Positions 49,744 to 57,344 of a DNA stretch of 64,000 nt are shown in pieces. The position numbers were made by a program, and so were the translations under genes. Location of the stretch: IMG/VR virus record IMGVR_UViG_3300040807_001288, positions 1-64,000 of that record; one strand, given 5' to 3'. Source of the DNA: a virus. How positions within the stretch are numbered: position 1 is the stretch's first letter; every line of letters starts with the position of its first letter. The notes beneath the pieces are model-generated. The model made no database searches, was not told where the DNA came from, and saw only the letters and a list, made by a program, of their open reading frames with translations.

Positions 49744-50238
49744 ATGAAAAGCATCGGAGACTTCGCAGAAAACCTAATTCTAAACCAAACTCAAAACATC
49801 AAAGAGGGGAAAGAGAGTTCCCCTCAGATGAGGGCTAATGGTTTAGCTCCTGCGGGTAAAGATATTTCTAATGTTGAAGTCCCTGACACCTTCATGCAAC
49901 AGGTTCTGGGTGAAAGTTTTCACCCGCAAGAAACTCCCGCTGCTGAAACTATTCCTGAGATCGTTTGGAATGAAGAGGAGCCAAAGCAGTCTGTACAGTC
50001 TCTCACAGAAGAGACCGCGCAGCACCTTGTCCCTCTTTTAGAGGAGGTTCGAGATCTTCTTAAAGAGATGTGTTGTGGAACCTCTTCGGGCCAGCTTGGT
50101 ATAAATCTGGCTGGGCCTCAGAGGGATATGCCTACAGACGCTATTGAGAAGAAGTACGGCTACATTTCTGCTAGACCAGTAAAATCAAAAAAAGATATTC
50201 TTAGAAAATCTATACAAGGGCGACTGAAGAGAAGATGA
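49744..50238 (+). CDS. putative prohead core protein
   Basis: Position before the protease; LxE sites; basic C-terminus. Confidence 0.45.
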   Translation: MKSIGDFAENLILNQTQNIKEGKESSPQMRANGLAPAGKDISNVEVPDTFMQQVLGESFHPQETPAAETIPEIVWNEEEPKQSVQSLTEETAQHLVPLLEEVRDLLKEMCCGTSSGQLGINLAGPQRDMPTDAIEKKYGYISARPVKSKKDILRKSIQGRLKRR

Positions 50239-50654
50239 AACTAACTGAAGCTATTGACGGTATTGAAGAAGCGAAGGGTTCTAAGGAGGGTCGAAAGACA
50301 TATACCTCCAAGAAAGGGACCACTCGCGATGTCAAAAAATCTGTCAAGAGTCGAGTTAGAGTTTTCCCTAGCATCAAAGCTGCGCTTGCTAACGCGAACT
50401 ATGGACAAATCTTCAGCACGAAAGCTGCCGGAAGATTGTATGTAGTTTCTAAGGGTAAGTGGGGAGCCAAGAGTGGTCGAGGAAAGATCGCGAAAGGCTT
50501 CACCAAGGGTAGCGCAACTCCATCCGCAGAGTGGGGTAGCGTCAAAAAACATGCTGCGCGTACCATGCTTCGGCATGGCAAGGCTTCTGATAAACTGGCT
50601 CAAAAGTATGGCAGTCGATCTATCAAGAAAGAAAGAGGATTAAAGTACAAATGA
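50235..50654 (+). CDS. very basic putative internal/core DNA-binding protein
   Basis: MKLTEAIDGIEEAK leader followed by a K/R/G/S-rich body. Confidence 0.55.
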   Translation: MKLTEAIDGIEEAKGSKEGRKTYTSKKGTTRDVKKSVKSRVRVFPSIKAALANANYGQIFSTKAAGRLYVVSKGKWGAKSGRGKIAKGFTKGSATPSAEWGSVKKHAARTMLRHGKASDKLAQKYGSRSIKKERGLKYK

Positions 50655-52420
50655 CACAACTACTCCAAGACGTATTTATTGTAGAGAACCTTCAAGTTCT
50701 TACTGAAGGAAAAAATAATGACACCATGAAAATTAAGGGTGTCTTTGGCCGTTGCAATGAAAAGAACAATAATGGTCGCATCTATCCTACAGCGGTTCTA
50801 GAAGGTCAGTTGAATAAAGTTCAGCCTCTTATCTTAGAGCGTCGGCTTTGTGGGGAGCTAGATCACCCTCAGAACGATACTGTTAAGTTATCAAACGCCT
50901 CACACCTAATCACTAAACTTGAAATGAAAGGTAACGAGCTTATTGGTGAGGCCGAAATTCTTAAGACTCCTGCTGGACTAACTGCTAAAGCATTGGTTGA
51001 GGGTGGAGTAAAGATTGGTATCTCTTCTAGAGGTATGGGTACGCTATCGGAGGATGATAAAGGAGACAAGATTGTTAATGAGGACTTCCGCCTAGTAACT
51101 TTCGACCTTGTAGCTGACCCCTCTACTCGTGGAGCTTTCCCTGGACTTTCAGAGTCTACAGAGTCTCAGTTTGTTCGTGAGAGCCAGACAAAGTTAGAGA
51201 AAGAGCAAAACTTTGTAACACTTCTTCAATCTAAGCTTAGAGAGTCCTACGATCCTTGGATTGAAGAGGCTAAGACAAAGAAGAAGAAGAAGAGTGCCTT
51301 GGATCCTGTAGGTCAGGAAGATGGTGATGTTGATAACGACGGTGATACAGATTCCAGCGATGCCTATCTTGCAAAGCGTAGAAAAGCTATTGGTAAGGCT
51401 ATGAAAGCTGAGGGTACTTATTATCGCTTGGGTAACCTAATTGCTGAAGCTTTTGCTGATGAGTTAGAGAGAACTAGGGTTTCTAAAGCTGACGCAGAAG
51501 GAGATACTAAAGGCCCATCCTTTATGGACAGACGGCGCGTAGCTGCTGGTAAAAAATCTGCTGCGCGGGCTGATGTAAAGGCTGCTAAAATTAGACAAAG
51601 TGGTGAAATTAGTCTAGCTCGTAGAATGGAAAAAGCTAAAGAGCGGGCCGCTGCTGGTAAGCCAGTAACAGGTGGTGAAAGGGCTGCTGATCTAGCAAAG
51701 AAGGCGTGGGGCACGGCGAAGAAACTCGGAGGAGCAGCTAAAGATTATGTTACAGATAAGGAGAGCGAAGCAGCAAAGGCCGCAAAAAGTAGACTAGCCG
51801 ATAGAAGGAAAAAGAGGATTTCGGATCGCCTATCAGGTGCTTCTTCAACCAAGCCAACCCCTGAGCAGGGCAAAGGCGAAACCCCAAAGAAAAAATCAAT
51901 TTCTCCTGAGGAGAAAGCTGCTAAAGAAAAAGCAGGTAGGGCGAAAATGGCTGCTGACACTGCCGATGTTAAGCGTAGAGCGGGTAACAAATCTGCAACC
52001 TCAGCAAGCATGGGTAGAGAAGGTTCTTTCGGTGCTGGTGTAGGTGCTAAATCTTCGGAAGATGAAGCTTCTCGCGAAGCCACTAGGAGGGCTATCGCGC
52101 GACGAGAGCGCAAGACTGGCAAAAAGGTCAAGCTTACTCCGCAACAAGCAGCGCAATTAGAAAGAAAGCTTTATCGTCAGATTGGTTTCCATCTAGCTGA
52201 AGCTATGGGTCTTACTGAGATGCAGGTCGGACATACTGATGTCTCCAATGCTGAAAAAAAAGCCCGAAAGACAGCCAATAACAATAAACAAGAGGGCAAG
52301 CCAGCAAAAACTCCCATGCAGATTACCAAACAAGCTGGTAGAGTTCACGATAAAGTTACCGCAAGACAGAAGGAGGGTAAAACACCTCCAGGGATTAACA
52401 GTCACAGACAGCCTAAGTGA
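50651..52420 (+). CDS. gp21: prohead protease (T4 gp21-like) with a long basic C-terminal extension
   Basis: NNNGRIYP, GELDHP, SHLI, TPAG, GISSRGMG, TFDLVADPST in the first ~175 aa. Confidence 0.95.
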   Translation: MTQLLQDVFIVENLQVLTEGKNNDTMKIKGVFGRCNEKNNNGRIYPTAVLEGQLNKVQPLILERRLCGELDHPQNDTVKLSNASHLITKLEMKGNELIGEAEILKTPAGLTAKALVEGGVKIGISSRGMGTLSEDDKGDKIVNEDFRLVTFDLVADPSTRGAFPGLSESTESQFVRESQTKLEKEQNFVTLLQSKLRESYDPWIEEAKTKKKKKSALDPVGQEDGDVDNDGDTDSSDAYLAKRRKAIGKAMKAEGTYYRLGNLIAEAFADELERTRVSKADAEGDTKGPSFMDRRRVAAGKKSAARADVKAAKIRQSGEISLARRMEKAKERAAAGKPVTGGERAADLAKKAWGTAKKLGGAAKDYVTDKESEAAKAAKSRLADRRKKRISDRLSGASSTKPTPEQGKGETPKKKSISPEEKAAKEKAGRAKMAADTADVKRRAGNKSATSASMGREGSFGAGVGAKSSEDEASREATRRAIARRERKTGKKVKLTPQQAAQLERKLYRQIGFHLAEAMGLTEMQVGHTDVSNAEKKARKTANNNKQEGKPAKTPMQITKQAGRVHDKVTARQKEGKTPPGINSHRQPK

Positions 52421-52427
52421 TCGCATA

Positions 52428-52460
52428 CATTTTCTAAAAAAAATCACATTTTAGAAAATG
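52428..52460. promoter_or_regulatory. perfect 12-bp inverted repeat CATTTTCTAAAA-N9-TTTTAGAAAATG
   Basis: Seen directly; 5 nt upstream of candidate late promoter ATACATA (52466-52472). Confidence 0.6.
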
Positions 52461-52496
52461 AGATAATACATAACATAGAATCCAGGAGATCTATTC

Positions 52497-53141
52497 ATGA
52501 GTAATTTAAAGAATATTGCCGATATTCTTCCCGAAGGACTTGACGAATCCACCGTTCATGCTGTTTTTGAACTGGTGGATTCTACTATCAACGAGCAAGT
52601 CGCTGAGAAGGTTGGTTTACTTGAGGCCAAAGTAAACGCCTATCTCAGAACAAAGGTTGATCGGCTAAAAGAACAAGCTCTCGCTGAACTTAGCGAAGAG
52701 AACGAGGTTTTCCGTAACGCTCGCCTCTTTGAATCAGTGAGAACTCTAATGGCTCTAGAGCTAAACGGCTCTGATGAAGACAACGCTCTTTCTGAAATGA
52801 CATCCCATCATGGTGAGCTTCAGGAAGAGTTCGACGTTCTAAGTGAGCAGGTTAATAGCCTTGCCATTGAGAATGAAAAGCTTCAGGGCACCATCAAGGT
52901 CCTTAACGACAAGGTTTCTCTACAGGAGAGCGAAGTTGAAGAGCTTGAAGGTCACAAATCACAGCTTCTCGAAGAGGTCGAGAATCTGGTCGCTGCGCGG
53001 GATGAGGCATTTGCATCCTCTGAACAGGCAGTTGTTGTTTCTCAAGCGGATATTGAGATCAACGAATCGAAAACTCAAACTGGTAATGAGTTTTTAACTG
53101 ATGAGGTCATGAAGTTCATGCCCTTCTCTCCCCAAAACTAA
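52497..53141 (+). CDS. gp22: prohead scaffolding protein (T4 gp22-like)
   Basis: Acidic coiled coil between protease and MCP; AGGAG RBS. Confidence 0.8.
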   Translation: MSNLKNIADILPEGLDESTVHAVFELVDSTINEQVAEKVGLLEAKVNAYLRTKVDRLKEQALAELSEENEVFRNARLFESVRTLMALELNGSDEDNALSEMTSHHGELQEEFDVLSEQVNSLAIENEKLQGTIKVLNDKVSLQESEVEELEGHKSQLLEEVENLVAARDEAFASSEQAVVVSQADIEINESKTQTGNEFLTDEVMKFMPFSPQN

Positions 53142-53155
53142 TAGGATTTATTAAA

Positions 53156-54808
53156 ATGGAAATGATGCATCAAACTGATGATACTCTGGTCCAGAAGTGG
53201 GAGCCTGTCCTTGAGGGCATCGACACAGACTACACTCGTCGCGTCACCGCTCAACTTCTTGAGAACCAAGCTAAGTCCATCGTCGAGGAGCGCCTTTCGG
53301 AAGATATTACCGCTGGCGCTACCACTACGGGACAGCTTGGCACCTTCCAGAAGTTCGCCTTCCCTCTCGTTCGTCGGGTTTATCCCCAACTAATTGCCAA
53401 CAGCCTTGTTGGTGTTCAGCCCATGCAGGGTCCCGTCTCTCAGGTCTTCTACCTTGGTAACGACCGCGTTAAGAGAGGTGGTGAGACCCCTGCTACCGAC
53501 ATTCAAACGGTCTACAGCAAGTTCAACATGACCTACAGAGGTCTTACGCCACAGCGTATTGGTTCTACTGCTTCTGGTAATATCGTTGGTGGCGGTACGT
53601 TCCTCAACGCCGATGGCACTAGACAGAACGCTGCTGGCATTGGTCTTGATGGTGATAATGCTCAGAGTGGCTTCGACGCTTCCAACGTCCTTGCTGGCTC
53701 TGGTACTCAAATCGACGGCGCTGGTGCTGCCTCAGGCAGCATGGGTGGTCAGATCGCTGCTTGGCCGAACCAAAACGCCGTCATGGGCTTCACCCTTTCT
53801 GCTGGTGAGCGTCTAACTGGTACGGGCATCCCTGAGATGACCTTCCACATCGAGCAGGAGGCGGTCGTCGCCAACACTCGTAAGATGCGTGCGCTTTGGA
53901 CTCTTGAGGCTTCTCAGGACCTTAAGGCTTACCACAACCTTGACCTTGAGCGGGAGCTTACTGACCTTCTCTCGAAGGAGCTTCAGCTTGAGATCGACCG
54001 TGAGCTTGTCGAGGATCTTCGCATGATCGCTTATGGTTTCACTGACCTTGCTGGCAAGGGCGGTGTTAACCAGAACCTCATGGACGCCAGCTACATCAAC
54101 CTAGGTGGTGATGGTAAGTTCCCAGGCATTAAGGATGATGCCACTGTTGAGAACTTTGTTCCTGCTCAGTTCACCTACGACTTCAGTGGGGGTACTGGGG
54201 GTACTGCGCTTGGCTCTAGAGACCCGCTCTCTAACATCTTCGTGATTGATTTCAGTCAGGAGACCCTTAACCTTTACCCACGCCACGTTGGCGAGGTCTA
54301 CGCGAACCTTCTCGCGCTAATCAACCTCGCTTCTCAGGACATCTACCGCACCACGATGCGCGGTCCTGGCAACTGGCTTCTTACCTCTCCGCTCGTCGCC
54401 TCTCTTCTTGAGAGTGCCGCCAAGCTTGAGGGTGGTGTTCAACCTGCTGATGGCCCGACCAACATTGGTGCCAACAGCATTGAGTACAAGGGTAAGTTCA
54501 TGGGCCGCTACGACCTCTATGTCGATCCCATGTACCCCACCGATGAGATCCTTGTTGGCTACAAGGGCGCGAACGCTATGGACGCTGGTTATATCTACGC
54601 TCCGTACATTCCGCTCCAGCAGCTTCCGACTATCACGGATCCCGAGTCCTTCCAGCCCAGGAAGGGCATCCTTACCCGCTACGGTAAGGTCCACATTGAG
54701 CCTTACAACAGGTTCTACCGCGTGATTCGTATCATCGGCCCGACTGAGAACTATCTCTTCAGCCCATTCTCCAGAAACACCGCTCTTAACGGTACTCCGG
54801 TAAGCTGA
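53156..54808 (+). CDS. gp23: major capsid protein (T4 gp23-like)
   Basis: KWEPVLEG, LLENQ, PLVRR, GVQPMQGP, TRKMRALWTLEASQDLKAYH, EIDRE, YAPYIPL, FQPRKGILTRYG; strongly biased codon usage. Confidence 0.97.
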   Translation: MEMMHQTDDTLVQKWEPVLEGIDTDYTRRVTAQLLENQAKSIVEERLSEDITAGATTTGQLGTFQKFAFPLVRRVYPQLIANSLVGVQPMQGPVSQVFYLGNDRVKRGGETPATDIQTVYSKFNMTYRGLTPQRIGSTASGNIVGGGTFLNADGTRQNAAGIGLDGDNAQSGFDASNVLAGSGTQIDGAGAASGSMGGQIAAWPNQNAVMGFTLSAGERLTGTGIPEMTFHIEQEAVVANTRKMRALWTLEASQDLKAYHNLDLERELTDLLSKELQLEIDRELVEDLRMIAYGFTDLAGKGGVNQNLMDASYINLGGDGKFPGIKDDATVENFVPAQFTYDFSGGTGGTALGSRDPLSNIFVIDFSQETLNLYPRHVGEVYANLLALINLASQDIYRTTMRGPGNWLLTSPLVASLLESAAKLEGGVQPADGPTNIGANSIEYKGKFMGRYDLYVDPMYPTDEILVGYKGANAMDAGYIYAPYIPLQQLPTITDPESFQPRKGILTRYGKVHIEPYNRFYRVIRIIGPTENYLFSPFSRNTALNGTPVS

Positions 54809-54830
54809 TCTGAATAGATAACAAACTATT

Positions 54831-54871
54831 GAGGGCCAGAGGTTTTTTGTGCCTCTGGCCCTCTTTCTTTC
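54831..54871 (+). terminator. Rho-independent terminator after MCP
   Basis: Perfect 12-bp stem GAGGGCCAGAGG/CCTCTGGCCCTC followed by TTTCTTTC. Confidence 0.9.
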
Positions 54872-54878
54872 CTATATA
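54872..54878 (+). promoter_or_regulatory. candidate late promoter CTATATA restarting transcription after the terminator
   Basis: Directly abuts the terminator; 11 nt before ATG 54890. Confidence 0.55.
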
Positions 54879-54889
54879 TTCTAGAAGTT

Positions 54890-55099
54890 ATGTACAAGTA
54901 CAGAAGTAAATGCAGGTGGAATATGCTTCTTCACATCGACGGTAAAGTTGTTGAGATCAGGCCCTCCGAACTATTCGAGTCTAGATCAGAAGTAAGTTCT
55001 AGATACCTTGAGTTGGTCAAAGCACCAATCAAACAAGAGCAAAAGCCAAGAAGAAAGAAAACCTTCAAATTAGATGTCAGCAGCAGCCCCGAAAGTTGA
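54890..55099 (+). CDS. small basic hypothetical protein
   Basis: 69 aa between MCP and neck genes. Confidence 0.6.
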   Translation: MYKYRSKCRWNMLLHIDGKVVEIRPSELFESRSEVSSRYLELVKAPIKQEQKPRRKKTFKLDVSSSPES

Positions 55100-55955
55100 T
55101 CCTAGGTTACTAGGTTATGGAGACACCTTTGGTACTTACGCAGGTAGGAACCTTGGTGATACTGATATCTACTCAACGGCTGTAGACACCTCGAAGTTGA
55201 ACACAGGCGTCCTGGCAGAGGGTGTTGAACTAAATCAATTCGAGCAAACAATCAAGGATTTCATCCTCGCTAGACTGGGCTACCCAGTCGTTCGCGTAGA
55301 GCTTACAGACTTCCAAATCAAGTCGGCTATTGATGAGTCCATCACACACTTAGACTACCACGCACCTTTCTGGTGTACTCAAATGGCAGCGTTTGAGACC
55401 TCGGCTGGCGTCAATGCCTACATGCTACCTCTGCATATTGCTCATGGTCTCTCTTACTGCGCCTACAAAAAATCTCTGCTAAGTATTCAAAACATGGCAG
55501 GGTCTTTGGAGTTTGATTTCTTTATTAAATACTTCCAAGACAACTTCTTATTCAGTAACTTCTCTGTATCAGACTTCTACCTTCTTCAGACTCATCTGGA
55601 GATGGTTAGAAAGATACTGAGTCAGGAAGGGTCCTGGGATATTATCAACGGCAATATCCTTCAACTGTACCCAACACCTACTTATACAGGAGAAACTGTT
55701 ATTCTGGTCTTTAGGGGCTTGGATACTGCTACCATGCATCCATACTACAAGAACTGGATACAACGATACGCTCTTGCCGTGTCCAAGGGAATCCTTGGTG
55801 AGGTTAGAGGTAAGTATTCTTCTCTCCCTTCGCCAGGGGGTGGAGCTAGTTTAAATGGCGCTGCTCTGAGCCAGCAAAGCGAGCAGGAAAAAGAAAAGCT
55901 CAAAGAAGAGCTTCTATCTGAAATTGAAGAACCACCGACGTTCACATTATTCTAA
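55074..55955 (+). CDS. gp13: neck / head-tail adaptor (T4 gp13-like)
   Basis: ILARLGYPVVRVEL...QI, WIQRYALA..K..LG.VRGKY...PGG...LNG. Confidence 0.85.
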   Translation: MSAAAPKVDPRLLGYGDTFGTYAGRNLGDTDIYSTAVDTSKLNTGVLAEGVELNQFEQTIKDFILARLGYPVVRVELTDFQIKSAIDESITHLDYHAPFWCTQMAAFETSAGVNAYMLPLHIAHGLSYCAYKKSLLSIQNMAGSLEFDFFIKYFQDNFLFSNFSVSDFYLLQTHLEMVRKILSQEGSWDIINGNILQLYPTPTYTGETVILVFRGLDTATMHPYYKNWIQRYALAVSKGILGEVRGKYSSLPSPGGGASLNGAALSQQSEQEKEKLKEELLSEIEEPPTFTLF

Positions 55956-56368
55956 TGAAATATATCAAAAAACTATTATCTGAGCAGACGCGCACCACTG
56001 AGCGCGGAGAGAAGACCAAAGGAATGCCTCGCCCTGCCCAGCAGCCTAACTCTACTAGGACTAAGCCTGACATCAAAAAAAAGGTTGAAATGGCTAGAGA
56101 AGTCGGCCCTAAGAAAGGACAACTTCCTGGTTCCAAGCCAGAGCGGGAAGATTCTCACACAGTCTACAAGCAAATGGGTATGCTTATGGCTGAAGCTCTT
56201 GGCCTTGTCTCAGAGGAAGTAAAGCAAATGCCCCCAGTGGGCAAGTGGAAAAAGCCTGGGGACCTTAGCAAAGAGGCAGAGGAAGCTAGAGCAGCAGGAA
56301 AGAAACCAGCAAAATCTGTGCGGCGTAATCCGAATTCCATTGATTACCCGAAAGGTGGCCGTCCCTGA
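55955..56368 (+). CDS. basic putative internal head protein (YKQMGMLMAE motif)
   Basis: MKYIKKLLSE leader like that of 875..1222; shared motif; sits between gp13- and gp14-like genes. Confidence 0.6.
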   Translation: MKYIKKLLSEQTRTTERGEKTKGMPRPAQQPNSTRTKPDIKKKVEMAREVGPKKGQLPGSKPEREDSHTVYKQMGMLMAEALGLVSEEVKQMPPVGKWKKPGDLSKEAEEARAAGKKPAKSVRRNPNSIDYPKGGRP

Positions 56369-56946
56369 TGAGCAACAAGAACTACAAGGTAACAACGAAG
56401 CTTCCCGAACTCCCTGATCTGGATGAGGGTGAGGGGCTTCTGAACCTATTTGATCAGGATAACCCCGACATCAATCTGTTCAACCTTGTAGATGATGAGA
56501 TGATTCGTCTTGCTGGCTCAAAGTTTCACTTTTATAAATACTATCAAACTGATGAGTACGATGAGGTTTATATGGAGTCTAGGAATAAGCCTGTATCGAA
56601 AACTCCCATCATGGTTCACGGTCATTATGATCCTGTGGCTATGAGTGAGGAGCTTACTCAGTTTGGTATTGAATTAAACAACGATCAACTCTTTACTTTT
56701 AATAAGAGCTATATAGAGAGGAAGCTAGGTAGATCTGTCATCCCTGGAGATGTCATCAAGCCTGTCTTCCAAAATCAAAAATACGAGATCTTTGAGGTGG
56801 TAGAGGATAGCTTTGAATCTTATGGAGTTTATCACTTAGTATGCTCTGCCAAGCTCCTCAGAGATTCCGATGACGTTCAAGACACCCCACTTACAAAGGT
56901 CAGCGATGACCTTGGCGGCTACGGGGGCGACATAGTAGAAATATAA
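56368..56946 (+). CDS. gp14: neck / head-closure protein (T4 gp14-like)
   Basis: DEVYME, LTQFGIE..D, PGDVI, YEIFEV; position after gp13. Confidence 0.75.
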   Translation: MSNKNYKVTTKLPELPDLDEGEGLLNLFDQDNPDINLFNLVDDEMIRLAGSKFHFYKYYQTDEYDEVYMESRNKPVSKTPIMVHGHYDPVAMSEELTQFGIELNNDQLFTFNKSYIERKLGRSVIPGDVIKPVFQNQKYEIFEVVEDSFESYGVYHLVCSAKLLRDSDDVQDTPLTKVSDDLGGYGGDIVEI

Positions 56947-56956
56947 GGAGATAGTT

Positions 56957-57334
56957 ATGGCAGTTTTACTTGTAGTTTGTAGACCAGATACTCTGGTAAG
57001 TTATGATGACAACGATATCATTCAGGCACTTGATGCAGAGCAAAGCCCAGGAACAGTTGTGGAGCAGAACGCCCCCACTAGGTTCGAGTTTTGTTACATC
57101 ACGGATAGAGAGGTGATTGACTCAGAGATCATGAACTTGATGGTTCCCCTTGAGGAGGAGGATCCTTTGGATCCTTCTGGGCTACCTATCATGGTTGAGA
57201 AGCGTAGGTACGGTGTGGATCTGTCGTATGATCCAGCGTTCCTAACTTATGCACCTTATGCTACAGCACCAGAAGACATCAAATTTACTTGGGCTGAGTT
57301 TGAGCCAAAAATCATAGACAAAGCGCCAGAGTAG
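56957..57334 (+). CDS. small acidic protein, possible partner of the downstream giant protein
   Basis: AAGGAG RBS; 125 aa. Confidence 0.6.
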   Translation: MAVLLVVCRPDTLVSYDDNDIIQALDAEQSPGTVVEQNAPTRFEFCYITDREVIDSEIMNLMVPLEEEDPLDPSGLPIMVEKRRYGVDLSYDPAFLTYAPYATAPEDIKFTWAEFEPKIIDKAPE

Positions 57335-57344
57335 TATATAAGGT

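Noticed and set aside
47000-51330. Similarity of DPVGNED (Pro-rich repeat) to DPVGQED (protease extension)
   Set aside because: Seven residues in low-complexity acidic contexts; likely coincidence.
53138-54725. Multiple antisense and alternate-frame ORFs over the MCP gene
   Set aside because: Expected from the strong codon bias of a highly expressed gene; no RBS or recognisable motifs.
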